This document shows, piece by piece, positions 12,526 to 26,885 of a stretch of DNA of 64,000 nucleotides; the first letter of the stretch is position 1, and each line of letters begins with the position of its first letter. The stretch comes from Octopus vulgaris (lineage: Eukaryota): assembly GCA_951406725.2 (NCBI GenBank), contig OX597819.1:45694001-45758000 (forward strand). The letters run 5' to 3'. The notes under the pieces were generated by a model. That model searched no databases. It saw only the letters and a list, made by a program, of their open reading frames with translations, and was not told the origin of the DNA. Both the position numbers and the translations under genes were made by a program.

Positions 12526-12765
12526 GCCTCAGAGTATATGCATACACATACATACATACATACATACATACATAGACATATATGTATATATATATATCTA
12601 TATATATATATATCTGTGTGTGTGTATGTATGTATGTATCTATGTATATACGTATGCGTGTCTGTATATGTACATATGTATGTATGTATGTATGTATTTA
12701 TGTATGTATGTATATGTACATATGTATATACGCATGTGCGCGAGCGCTGTGCGTATACATGCACA
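12408..12765. repeat. compound (CA)/(TA)/(TATG) array
   Basis: Direct reading. Confidence 0.92.
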
Positions 12766-13543
12766 ATCCTATAGAGATCTACTCGTCATTTGAACAAACA
12801 GGCAAAAATACAGAAAGACGGATTGACAACCAGAGAAAAAAACATTGAGCCTGAGATCTTGGTAGAATATGTAATTAATTGAACACCAGTATTTAAGAGC
12901 GTCTGTATGGAAATTAAAAAAGCTACACGTAGTAAAATATTACTTCGTTAAGTTTTAAGCGCATACGTGTGAAGTTAACACTCCACATCCAAAAACTCAT
13001 AGGGCTCCCCCTTCCAATTCGGACGACATTAACGTTCGTTGCTCTTAGCTGCACCTGCAATACTTCTCTCATATTTTGTTTCAAATGCGCTTATGTAAAA
13101 CCCAAGAAAACACACCCATACACTCATGTACATCCGCACACACTCAGAAACATATATGTGTGTATGTGTGTTTGTCTGTATGTGTGTGTGTTTGTGTGTG
13201 TGTGAGAGAGAGTGTGTAGGTGTGAATCCGTCTGGGTGCGTGTGTGAGTGTGTAGATAAATACACATACATGCATAGGGGGTACATATACGCGCTGTGTG
13301 TGTATTCATATACTTATGCACGCACATAGACACTGAAGACCCACCCAGGCTCCACTTCACGCACTGAATAACCTGATAACAGAAAAGTCAACATCAAACA
13401 ACCCAACCACCCAGCCACCCTCATATCACAGACAATAACGCTTTTACATTAAAGAAAGAAGACATTTTCATTGGATTACACACATACAAACACACACAAA
13501 CTCGCATCTTAACAGCACACAACACACATTCACACGAAACGAG

Positions 13544-13544
<1 letters not shown>

Positions 13545-13640
<96 letters not shown>
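13545..13640. repeat. (TA)n then (TG)n microsatellite
   Basis: About 40 perfect TG units. Confidence 0.97.
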
Positions 13641-13642
<2 letters not shown>

Positions 13643-13680
13643 GGAGTAATGCATCATAATGTATGCTTATATACATGCAC

Positions 13681-13733
<53 letters not shown>

Positions 13734-14208
13734 TACATTTACACAGATAGATAGATATATGTGTCTATGTATCATAATGTATGCTTAAATACATATATAT
13801 ATACATTTACACAGATATATAGATATATGTGTGTATGTATAGCAATCTGTCTCTATACCTAGCTGTTTCTATCTCTCTCCCTCCTTCTCTCTCCCTCCCT
13901 CTCTCTCTCTTCCTCCATCTCTCTCACTCTCTAACTCTGACTCCGTGCATGTGTATGTGATTTTAAGGTCGTGTGCCCCAGTGGTTACAATGCTGCACTC
14001 ACGATTGAGAGATAGTGAGTTCCATTTCTGGGCTGGGCGATACGATATGCTCTTCTTCTACATCACTTCAACTCACGTTGCCGCGCGGTCACCTCGACAC
14101 GTGGCACAAAGTGTACCTCTTCGGGCATCGTTGATTTCTTGAGACAACTAGCTAGTATTCGGCTCACGCATTCGATCCCTATAAACAAATCGACTGTCCA
14201 GGTTGTGG

Positions 14209-14857
14209 AACGCAGGCGTGGTTGTGTGGTAAGAAGCCTGTTTCCCAAACGCATGGTTCCTGGTTCAGTCCCACAGCGTGGCACCTTGGACAACTGCTTC
14301 TACAATATAGCCAACCAAAGCTTTGTGTATGGATTTGGTAGACAGAAACTGGAAGAAGCCCGTCATATATGTATGTGTGTGTGTGTTTGTTATTTCTTTA
14401 TTGCCCACAAGGGGCAAAGCAAAGAGAAGACAAACAAGGTCAAACAAAGGGACTAAGTCGATTAAATCGACCCCAGTGCGTAGCCGGTACTTAATTTATC
14501 GACCCCGGAAGGATGAAAGGCAAAGTTGACCTCGGCGGAATTTGAACTCAGAACGTAACTGCAGGCGAAATGCCGCTAAGCATTTCGCCCGGCGTGCTAA
14601 CGTTTCTGCCAGCTCGCCACCTTGTTGTGTGTATGTGTTTGTGTCTGTGTATGTCTCCCATCAACGCTTGGACAACCGGTACTAGTGTCTTTACATCTCC
14701 GTAAGCTAGCGGATCGGCAAATCACACCCGCAGCATAAGTACTAAAAAAAAAAGACAACAAAACATATTTCTGTCCTAAGGATGACTTGTTGACTAAATT
14801 AGGCGGTGCTTCAAAATGGCCGCAGTTAAATGACTGAAACACGTAAAAGATAGAAAG
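14209..14857 (+). mobile_element. SINE S1 interrupted by a SINE S2 copy
   Basis: S1 head and body 14209-14390 resume at about 14625 with the S1 3' half ending tgactgaaacacgtaaaaga. Confidence 0.85.
14391..14623 (-). mobile_element. tRNA-derived SINE S2 nested in the central microsatellite of S1
   Basis: Minus strand aaggtggcgagctggcagaaacgttagcacgccgggcgaaatgc...gagttcaaattcc (B box). Confidence 0.88.
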
Positions 14858-15124
14858 ACAAACCGTTTATCCCTCGTCCACTAAACGTGATGCCATGTAT
14901 ATAAGAAGTCTTAATCGATTGCACGCTAGACGTAATGCTTGGTAGTATTTCTTCCAGCTCTTTACGTTCGCCAGAGGTCGATTTTGTCTTGCCTTCTTTT
15001 ATGATTAACAAAGTAAATACCAGCTTTAGGGGTTGAGAAAGTTGGTTGGCCCACTCCCCAAAATTCCACACCTTGTGTCTGTTACAGAGTTTTATATATA
15101 TAACTATATGTATATCTATTTATC

Positions 15125-15155
<31 letters not shown>

Positions 15156-15211
15156 CTATCTATTTATCTCTCACTCTCTCTCTCTCTCTCTCCCTCTCTC
15201 TCTCTCTCTCT

Positions 15212-15268
<57 letters not shown>

Positions 15269-15350
15269 TGTATGTATGTATGTGTATACGCAAGCATATG
15301 TGAGTGAGTGTGTGTATGTGTGTGTGTGTGTAAGCATTTATTTTGTTATC

Positions 15351-15681
15351 CTTTTATTTTTGTTTACTTGTTTCAGTCATTTGACGATGGCCATGCTGGA
15401 GCATCGCCTTGAAAGATTTTAGGCCCGCAAATCAACCGCAGAATTTCTTTTTTAAGCCTGGTACTTATTCGATCAGTGTCTTTTGCCGAATGGCTAAGTT
15501 ACGGGGACGTGAATAGACCAACACTGTTTATCAAGTGGTAATGGGGGCGGGGACGAACACCGACACAAAGACACACACACACACACACATATTTATTCGA
15601 TGGGCTTCTTTCAGTTTCCATCTACCAAAACCACTCACAACGCTTTAGTCAACCTGAGGTTATTATAGAAGAAACTTGCAC
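15351..15681 (-). mobile_element. SINE S1, 5'-truncated
   Basis: tttacttgtttcagtcatttgac..ggccatgctggagca..gggcttctttcagtttcc. Confidence 0.82.
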
Positions 15682-15839
15682 GTAGATGAACCACGGGTAC
15701 TTTTTAGATACCTTACCGTTTGCAATTCTCATCAGTTGATGTGCGTCAGATGGTGTGTTTCACTGCGCAAATAAGGTATTAGTGTCAGTCAAAGAGAATT
15801 TATTGATTTAAAGCAGAAAGATGAAGAATTATTGGTTTG

Positions 15840-15985
15840 CAAATTTTGGTACAAGGCCAGCAATTTCTGAGAAAGGATTTAATAAATTACATCCACCCCA
15901 GTGTTCAACTGGTACTTGTTTGATCAACCCCTAAAAGATGAAAGACAAAGTTGATCCCGGCAGCTTTTGAATGGTGAGGAATTTT
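15840..15985 (-). mobile_element. SINE S2 fragment
   Basis: caaggccagcaattt..ccccagtgttcaactggtactt..gatgaaagacaaagttga; similar diverged S2 pieces at about 14930-15085, 21000-21185 and 26165-26355. Confidence 0.7.
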
Positions 15986-16732
15986 TTTTTTTTTTTAGAT
16001 ACATTGTACTACAACTATACCAAGACGTGGTTTCAATTCCCAGTCCATTTAACATTGTTCCAGTCCGCTGATCAGAGAATAAGTGCCAGTCACATCTGGA
16101 GGCTACTGCTCATTCTTATCGGTAAAGCTGACAATTTTGTGGCAGAAACATTATTCTGTTGTTCAGAATCTCACAACAAAAGTACACAGACTTTCTTCAC
16201 ATGATTAAATACAAGACGTCAAGATTTGCTGGCAATAAACAAAGTAATATCAAAGATAAACAGCTGCGTGCAAGATGAGAACATAAGACTAAAGAATTAT
16301 TCTGTCAATGATGTTGATATCATCATTCATCATTCCGATTGTCGATAAACTATATATCAGTCAACAACTAGAGGCATTACGCGTCCTCTACGTCACTGTG
16401 CAGTTATATCTGTGAATCTTAGCAGAGTATCAGAACAAAGACATATACATGTACGGTGATACGTTGGTATATGTATATATTAAATGTTACTAGCGGGACT
16501 CGTGACTATTTCGCGGAATTAATGGTAAACTTATTGGGTTATTTTGGAAAACTTTATCCAAAATACCTGAAAGCGTAGTCTGTGTTGCATTTGTATCAAA
16601 ATATAGTCGCTCGTCGGCTAATCATTGAAAAGTAAAGGAAATTGGAATACGAGGATTACTTAATGTACTTTATATATAAACTTTATATATTTTATGCGCA
16701 ATTTTAATAGACGTGATACACAACACTCTCCC

Positions 16733-16772
<40 letters not shown>

Positions 16773-19027
16773 CGCCTTACAATCTTTTTCTTTCTCCTTT
16801 CTCTTTCGCTCTTCGCTTTTCCCTTTAACTAATCACGTGAAAGCGTTAAAGATGGGCTAAATAACGGAGAAAGAAAATCAGTTTAAAAAAATTACATATT
16901 CCCTTCAACACCACCTCTTCCTCAAAACTCAAATTCCCCTCCCCTTTCCCTTCCCTTCCCGTCCCCTTCCCCTCCCTTATCTCCCATCCCCTTCCCTGCT
17001 TCTTCCTCCCCTTCCTTCTCCCTTCAGCTAATCACGTGGAAGCGTTACGGACAGGCTAAGTAACGGAGTAACAAGCAAAATTATTATAACATACTTCTAG
17101 GAATTTTTTTACATATTTTCACAATTTTAGTGATTGCCTTTTATTTTGACTTCTTAATTAGCCATAAGTAGACAGACATTCATTTATGTATGCATGCATG
17201 CATGGATGCATGCATGTATGTATGTATGTATGTATGTATGTATGCATGCATGCATGTATGTATGTATATATCCGGTATTCGCAAGTGAGACAATATTAAA
17301 TTAAAATAGAAATCTGTGTAATATCCGAAATATATTCAATGCATATATGGTTGATAGGCCAGTTATTGCAGTATTCGTCCTGAGATAACATCTCTTATAG
17401 ACATGGTTAGTTAAAAACACAACAAATATGGGAGAGAAACAAAACATTTCTCCAGCAGCGGCCAGCGAGAACGATACATGCGTTTCAGTGATTTCGGGCC
17501 TTTTCAGTGACGGGTAATCGCAGCTAGTCAGATTCCTGGACAAGAATTCATTGTTTCTGTCATCTAAGTCCTAATAACTTTCCTTAATAATTAATGCTTT
17601 CAAACAACTTGCAGGAGCAAGTGCTACCAGTTGAAAGCTCCGCATACTAGATACTAGCAAGTTTGTGGAGTCATCAGGAAAGAATGCGCGCCGTTTCGGG
17701 GACTTCCTCTCGACGGTATCATTGCGCACCGGCCCCACCTCACTGAAGTGAGGCCACGCTTGCTCGACCAACTGGTTATTAGGTTTCTCACAATATTTTA
17801 TTTTCCTAGCTATAGCACATAGTCTCTTTTAAACCAAAGCTATTGATTTGCCTTCACCACTGTTGTCTAGATATCATTCATGGTGGTACTTGCTTTACGA
17901 TAAATTAGACCTAGCGATGAGAACAGTCGACTCATAATGTGTCCAACGAATCCTCTACATCCGCCTTCGATTGAAAAATGCCTTGCTTTCCACCGTACGT
18001 CTTCACATTCCTCGAGGAGATTTTCATAACGGTCGAGTCAAGCGGCGTCCGTGTTATCTTCATTCAGAACCGTTAACTTGACTAGATTTACCACATCCTT
18101 TCTTTCTCATAATATGATAATATCCGGTTTCTTTGCAACTGAAACGGGAAAGACTCTTTGGAATCCTGGTAAACTTGCAGCCACCTCCAAATAGCCGTTC
18201 CACTTTTCATCGCTCACAGGAAGTTTCTTCTTCTTCAAACGGACCTGCTGTCCTGAACGTACGAAGTAAATGAAATCTCTGGTCGGTTTCTTCAGTGATT
18301 TTGTAGGATGTCAAATTGATTCGAAATAATAGAACCATTTCTTTATCAAGCATAATTCAAAATTTTACTAGTTAAATCTTTTAGTGATTTATTATACCTT
18401 TTTTATACGCCATTTTCATATATCTAGACATATTGCTTTATCTGGTCGTATTTCTGACGTAGCAGAATATCTTCTATATCTTAATGATTATTTTAATTTT
18501 TAAATAACAATGAACTCGTTGAAGTATCTTTTACCTCGCCTCATCCCAATTTAGAAATATGTTATTGACATTGCTATCTTGTTGCTATTTAACCGCCGTT
18601 ACAGTTGTTGTTACTAATGAATTATCAATTCATCAGTTGCAAAGAAGATAACAATGATCAGGATTAAGATGATGAAGGGTATAATTATATTATGTTCGTG
18701 GTGATGATAACGACGATGATGATTATGATCTTCATCATCATTTTCGTCATCAAAAAACCACCACCACTACCACCACCATCGCCGTCGTCGTCATCATGAC
18801 TAACATGTTCATGGCGATTGTCTCTATATATTTTTTAGTACCCATTAAAACAGTGAATAATTATATATATTTCCAACTATCTCTCTCTTACTCTTTCTCT
18901 CTCTCTCTCTTTCTCTTCTCTCACTCCTCTCTCTCTCTATCGTGTTTCTCTGTCTTTCTCTCTTCCTCTTTCATTCTCTCTCTTTCTCTCTCTCTCTTTC
19001 TCTCTCTCTCTTTCTCTTCTCTCACTC

Positions 19028-19061
<34 letters not shown>

Positions 19062-19754
19062 ATCTATCTCTATCTCTCTCTCTTCCTGTCGAAGTAGGCA
19101 TAACTATCGCAAGAAAGACATGTATACAGAAACAGAATTAAACTGTTAGAAATTAATATACAAATAAACAAATAGATAAATAAAATTCGAAAAATTAAAA
19201 ATTTAATAGTTGTGTTTTAAAATAGGGAAACGTCAGTTTATGCGAAGATTATTCATAAAATTTTAAAAAATTATATTATCAATTATGACGAATACCGCGT
19301 TGCCAAATAATAGTATTCTATATAAAATTATTGTATGAATTAACCAGATTTATTAATTAGCTAAAATATTATAATTTGTGCATTTTAAGACATCTGATCT
19401 AATGCATTTGTGTACATTAGCATGTTTATTCAGATTCTGGATTTCAACATGATTCCATGTCATGAAATTCGTACTTTATTATCATGCGTCGGTTTTATAA
19501 GGAAAACGAGAAAAGCGAGGTAGTAAAGTGTATGTCTTTTGAAAGAAAACTGGTAAAAAAGGAATAAACTTTAAGATGAATTATTTAAACTGGAAATGGG
19601 AAACATATCAAATAAAGATTTGGTTCTCTGAAGCGTTATATCTTCCTTATCGTGGATATGCTTACAGAATATAATAGTGAAAACTGCATCTCTATAATCA
19701 TTCATAATTAAACACACATACACATACACGCATACGCACTCGCACACGCACGCG

Positions 19755-19875
19755 AACATATCACGTGATCGTAATCAACCAGACTAACGGATGTTGCCAT
19801 ACATCGCTGGTCACAATGCTCTTTGTATCGTTTCAGATTTCCAATGATGCCAGTCCGATGCCTAGGTGAGTAGGT
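19755..19875 (-). mobile_element. SINE-like 3' module, homologous to 37605-37725 (+)
   Basis: Shared cattgtgaccagcgatgt..gcaacatc and terminal tcacgtga in opposite orientations. Confidence 0.7.
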
Positions 19876-20002
19876 GTATATCTGTGTGAGTGTGTGTATG
19901 TGTGTGCGTGTAGATATATGTATGCATATCTGTGTGTCTATCTGTGTATAAAGATATACATGCATATATATGTAGCTATATATATATATATATATATATA
20001 TA

Positions 20003-20296
<294 letters not shown>

Positions 20297-20312
20297 ATAT
20301 GTGTGTGTGTGT

Positions 20313-20690
20313 GGAGGCGCAATGGCCCAGTGGCTGGGGCAACAGACACGCGGTTGTTGGATCGCTGTTTCGATTCCGAGACCCGGCGTTGTCAGTGTTT
20401 TTTGAGCAAAAACACCCACAACGTTTGGAGGCTCCTGCAGTGGGGTGGCGAACCCTGCTCTACTCTTTCACCACAACTTCCTCTCACTCTTCCTTCCTGT
20501 TTCTATTGTACCTGTATTTAAAAGGGCCAGCGTTGTCTCACACTGTGTCACGCTGAATCTCTCCGAGAACTACGTTAAAGGTGTACTTGTCTGTGGAGTG
20601 CTCAGCCACTTGTTCGTTAATTTCACGAGCAAGCTGTTCCGTTGATCCGATCAACTGGAACTCTCGGTGTCGTAACCGACGGAGTGCCAC
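20313..20690 (+). mobile_element. tRNA-derived SINE S3, full length
   Basis: A box tggcccagtgg, B-box-like gtttcgattcc; tail ..gtcgtaaccgacggagtgccac shared with 30168-30415 and 27095-27208. Confidence 0.85.
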
Positions 20691-20713
20691 GATATATATA
20701 TATATATAAATAA

Positions 20714-20777
<64 letters not shown>

Positions 20778-21779
20778 GTATCTATGTATCTATGTATGTA
20801 TGTATGTACGTATGTATGTATGTATGGATCCTGTAGTAATTCGATTTTCGAACAACTCTGATCACGAATGAATAAATCGTGTTTCATATATATATATATA
20901 TACACACATAATGGGTAAACATTCCTTCTGATCAGAAAGCTAGTCCGTCGCCAGGTTATCCCTTTAGAGATGAGTAGACTGAGACAATGTGAAACGAACT
21001 GTTTTGCTCGAGAATACAAAGGGCTGCTCGGTTTTGAGGAAAGAAGAAGTTGATTACACGGAGCCCAGCGCTCTTCTGGTAAGATATTTTGTCGACCCTG
21101 AAAGAATAAAAAGCAAAGTTGATCTCGGCGACATTTGAATTGAGAATAGGAAATCTGGAAGAAATGCCGCTGAATATATTGTCCTCCATCACTACCCATG
21201 ATAAGCTACCTAATGATAAATAAAAAGGCAGTTATCAATACACTTGAATACTACAATAGGTTTATATGTGATATCTAAGGATAATATGAGGGAGCTGGTA
21301 GACATTACTATTTATCTGAACAACTAAATAAGACGCTACGAAGGTTACAGTTGCAATGGGTTTCATCACCATCGATAATTACTCGGCTTCCTTTGGGTTC
21401 GGAAGAAAATTAAAGCGTTCGTATTATGAGCTTATTTCTCTGTGCTCTGGAACTAAATACAAACATAAAACGATAAACAATTATGTCAGAAGAAAAAAAA
21501 TGTCTTTGAAGTTCTGTGATCTTTATATTAACCTCTTATATTGTATCTGGAGAGGAGAGAGAAACCCAAATTTCACCGTGGGAATTTTCAGTAAATAATA
21601 TTAGATGTTGCAACAGAATAAACCATAATTAAACACAAATTCCAACAGTTATTTATTTACAAATATATGTATTTCTTTAAAATTTAGTCTGTGAAGAATG
21701 ACTTTTTTTACGTCTCATATATATGTATATATATATACATATATATGTACATATGTATATATGTATATATGAAGGTATA

Positions 21780-22200
21780 GGCGCAGGAGTGGCTGTGTGG
21801 TAAGTAGCTTGCTAACCAACCACATGGTTCCGGGTTCAGTCCCACTGCGTGACATCTTGGGCAAGTGTCTTCTGCTATAGCCCCGGGCCGACCAATGCCT
21901 TGTGAGTGGATTTGGTAGACGGAAACTGAAAGAAGCCTGTCGTATATATGTATATATATATATATATATATAAGTGTGTGTGTATATGTTTGTGTCTGTG
22001 TTTGTTCCCCTAGCATTGCTTGACAACCGATGCTGGTGTGTTTACGTCCCCGTCACTTAGCGGTTCGGCAAAAGAGACCGATAGAATAAGTACTGGGCTT
22101 ACAAAGAATAAGTCCCGGGGTCGATTTGCTCGACTAAAGGCGGTGCTCCAGCATGGCCGCAGTCAAATGACTGAAACAAGTAAAAGAGAGAGTAAAAGAG
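21780..22200 (+). mobile_element. tRNA-derived SINE S1, intact reference copy
   Basis: GGCGCAGGAGTGGCTGTGTGGTAAG (A-box-like), GGTTCAGTCCC (B-box-like), central (TA)/(TG) microsatellite, tail tgactgaaacaagtaaaagag; more than 15 copies in the window. Confidence 0.93.
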
Positions 22201-22402
22201 TATGCATGCATGTATATATATATATGCGTGTATGTGTGTGATACATGAAAAAACTCAAACCATAGACTGAACATAACTATATATATATATACATATACAC
22301 ACATGTATATATATGTATATTTACGTGTATGTATATATATATACATGTATATATATATATTTATATATATACACATTTACATATACATACACACACACAC
22401 AC

Positions 22403-22442
<40 letters not shown>

Positions 22443-22946
22443 TCACACATACATATACGTTACTTAACATCTACACTTCTAAAAAGACATTTTATACCGA
22501 TTCACACCAGTTTTTTTCTCCATGTTTACCACTATATTTGACATCATGCAAAGGTGTTAATATTGCCATGGTTACCTCTTATTTTCTACGTAGTTTATTT
22601 GTCGTTAAATACTGTCTTCAAATGTTTATTCATAAAGTGATCGGAGGTTACTAAGTGCATCCCTTAACAGAATTCTTTTTTAAATAAGTTAACTTTCACC
22701 TACCCCGCCTCCACTCGCACTACACGGTTTTGCTTTTATGTACATATATGTGTAGATCCATTTGTACACTCACAGAGTATATAGAAATATATAGGCACAC
22801 GCAGATAGATCCACAGAAAGTAAACCGCACATGCGTACCTGCATACACTCATACATACGTAATCTGACACCTTGATATCGAAAAGCTCATATATATATAA
22901 TTTTCTCTGTTTGTATATAGATATATATATGTTTATATATATGTAT

Positions 22947-22977
<31 letters not shown>

Positions 22978-23105
22978 AATATATATATATGTAAGAATAT
23001 ATATATATCTATATATGTACAGTACACTCACATAATTGTACAAACACTTATATGTGTGTGCACGCGCGTATTTAAGCATACATGTTTGTGTGTGTATTGG
23101 TACTC

Positions 23106-23142
<37 letters not shown>

Positions 23143-23243
23143 GTATGTATGTATAGACACGTATTTACGTATTTATACATGTTTAAACACAGATAGACAT
23201 GCAGACATATACAGACATATAACATCTACGTGCATATAACTAC

Positions 23244-23308
<65 letters not shown>

Positions 23309-24099
23309 CGTACATATATATGCAGATATATGCATATATGTATAAACATACATATATATATATGCATATATAACTTAATCTTGGATCCTTATTAGTGGAT
23401 ATGAAATCGAATATTATTAGATACAACATTATTGGATATCATTGTATTGAATTCATTGATCGATAATTGCATTATGTTCGTCATTAGCTTGTTTTCTTCA
23501 CGTGTTGTTGTTGTTGCTATCATTGTTCTGGTTATTTTTGTTATTGTTGTCGTTGCCGTTGTTGCTGCTGCTGCTGCTGCTGTTGTTATTGTTGTTGTTA
23601 TTGTTGTTGCTCTTACAGTCGTCGTAGTAATCGCCAGTGTTATTACTGTTGTCTTATCTAAATACTGTCTGATAAAAAGCTAGAAAGGTCACCACCAGAT
23701 TGTATATAGTCATACGACTTTTCAATCAGAACCGATTTGAGTAGTCTCAAATCAGCTTTGATTTCGAAATCGTATCATCAAAGCCAATCTAGCCGTGACC
23801 TTTCCATCTTTCTATCAGACAGAATTTAGATAGCACTACATTATCAAATGTCTACTCCATCTTTTCATGACAGCAGTGTGAGATTTGTTGCATATTTGGC
23901 TGCTATTTCTAGGACGTAAATTTACCAGGTAGGAGCTGCTTCGTAAAGTCACTCAACTTGCCATATTGTTTTCCGTTGCGTTACCTGGCAATGGAATGAA
24001 TGATGCAATACCACTCTATAACTGAATCTCTGACAAATTGTCCGTTCATCCATAACCTAGCTGGAGCTATTAGTTAGGAATTTAATATGAGAGAATGCT

Positions 24100-24345
24100 G
24101 CTGATATTGCTGCTGCTGCTGCTGCTGTTATCCGTACTATTGTTATGCGGCTGTTGATGATGACGATGACGACGACGACGACGATGATGATGATGATGAT
24201 GATGATAATGATGATCATGACCATGATCATGATGATCATGATGATGACGATGACGATGATGATGATGATGATGATGATGATCGTGATGATCATGATGGTG
24301 GTGATGATGATGAATGATGATGATGATGACGATGATGGTGATGAT
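24100..24345. repeat. (GCT)n and (GAT)/(GAC)n trinucleotide array
   Basis: Direct reading. Confidence 0.95.
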
Positions 24346-24627
24346 TTTGTGGTTGTTGTTGATCTTTAGCCGCTGGTCAGTCCTGATTGAGCAAGCCTAT
24401 GACTAGAAGCGACTAGAAGCTTTCCAGCCGTGATCATCCCGACATCTTTTTTTAATGGTACGTATTTAGAAATATATTGCCTAATCATGCGTGTGCCTAT
24501 TCAAAACATTTGGATGGTATTTGAGTGAGATTTGGTTGCTATTTCTAGTACTTCAACGAACGGGAACAAGTTGTTACAGCCCTTGCTACTGCTGTTGATG
24601 ATGATGATGATGATGATGATGATAATA

Positions 24628-25034
24628 GGCGCAGGAGTGGCTGTGTGGTAAGTAGCTTGCTTACCAACCACATGGTTCCGGGTTCAGTCCCACTGCGTGG
24701 AACCTTGTCAAGTGTCTTCTACTATAGCCTCGGGCCGACCAAAGCCTTGTGAGTGGATTTGGTAGACGGAAATTGAAAGTAGTCCGTCGTAAATATGCAT
24801 ATATATGTATATGTATGTGTGTGTATATGTTTGTGTGCCGGTTTTTGTCCCCCCACCACCATCGCTTGACAACCGATGGTCGTGTGTTTGCGTCCCCGTA
24901 ACTTAGCGGTCCGGCAAAAGGACCCGATAGAATAAGTACTAGGCTTACAAAGAACGAGTCCTGGGGTCGACTTGCTCGACTAAAGGTGGTGCTCCAGCAT
25001 GGCCGCAGTCAAATGACTGAAACATGTAAAAGAG
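24628..25034 (+). mobile_element. SINE S1, intact, inserted in (GAT)n
   Basis: High identity to 21780-22200; GAT repeats on both sides. Confidence 0.93.
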
Positions 25035-26885
25035 TATGATGATGATGATGATGATGATGACGACGACGACGATGATGATAATAATACCGACGACGACAAT
25101 GGAGAATCTGATGGCCGTGGTGGTGATGATGGTGATGATGATGATCATGATGATCATGATTGTTATCATAGTGATGATGATGGCGATGATGATGATGATG
25201 ATGACAACGACGACGATAACTGCAAAGGATGACACTGACATTGTTGCCGCTGTTCTTGTTTTTGTTTTCTGTTACTGTTTAACTCTTGTTCTGGGTTGAA
25301 TTAAAAGATCTATAATGAAAAAGATCATGGCTATTGTCATCGCATGCTTGTATGCGTGTGCGTGTGAGATTCAGAGAGAGAGAGAAAAAGAGAGAGAAGC
25401 AAATAAAAATACAGTCAGAGGGCTAGTATGAGCATGCGCCTGTACCTAGCTCTTCGTCCAACCGCCTAGAATTTCTCTCAAGTTTACAGAGTTGTTAGTA
25501 TACAGCATACACTAACAAGAGAATTTCCTCTCGTATGACATCACTAAAATTATTCTGTAACTGTATAGCTAACTCTCGCAAACTCAGTTCACTTTTTGTA
25601 AATAGGCACCATGCGACGTTATTGAGAGAGCAATAAAATTAACGACCGTATGGTTTTAATTTGCATCACTGCTTTCAAATCCTCCCATGCGAAACTGTTA
25701 AAAAAACAACAACATTCAAACCTGCCGGGGGGTCTGTCTATTCCTATCGATGATAGGAGATCAACCAATAAATATAATACCATGTGATCAACCAGCCAGT
25801 AAGTATCTATCGTGAATGCTTTTGTCGTATGTCTTTCACGTTTAAACCACTGAGATGTCGTCGATCCATGTCGACTTGCTGAATCTTCTCGCTCGACAGT
25901 GACCTTAACCATTACGAATGTGTTAAATGAATGAAACAAAGCTCCGGTGGATTTGTCTTTCTTCCTCTCTATAATGCTTCACCTCTCAGAGAAGTGAGTC
26001 ACGTAATCAACTGGCTTTATGCTGTGTCTGTACGGCTTGTTGTCCCCCATGGGAACGTACACAATCCAACAATGCTAGCATTGGAAACATTCTTTCATTA
26101 TATATTAATTCCATTGTTAACAGCATACACAGCTGGGGGGCGTCTTTGTAATAAAGTTTTCTGATTTAAGCACTAGGCCAGCAATTTTGATGGGATGGGG
26201 GTTAGGTATTACTATCGACCCCAATACGTCACTGGTATGTTATTTTAACGATTTTTACAAATGAAAGGTAAAGATGACCTCTTCGGAAATGAATTCATAA
26301 TATAAGTCAGAAGGAAAATCTCAAGGCTCTGTCAGATACTCTAACGTTTCTACCAATAATCAGATTTATTTTCAATGTTTCTTAAAATGAACCGCGTCCT
26401 TTTAGAATACTATATTTGGACACATATGTTCTCATCGCAACTGCCCATCTCGAATAATTCACTTGCAGATCTCTGTTTACCAGAAGATTCAGTCTTAAAA
26501 AGTAAAAATATCTATCACGTGAATATGGATAGCGGCGATTATTTTAGTTATTCCATAAAATGGACCACCCAGCTTTTGTATTGTATTGCGACTGAATATC
26601 TCGCAAACATTTGCATCTTGAACGTAACTCCTGGGCAGAATTGGCAAGACACTGTTTGGCGTATCTCGTCGTCTTTTCAATACTTGGTACAGTCTATGTA
26701 ACGAACTTCCACTCTTTCCGTGTGGCCGATTTTATTTATAACCAAGTAATAGAATACACTTAGAGAAGATGATGCACAAAGAGATCGAGTTCCTGATGCT
26801 ATGATTTCGAAACGAACATCTTAATAATTCGGTTATACAAGCACCTCATCGGAAACTACCGTGTAGTCTAGTCGCAATCTAGACT

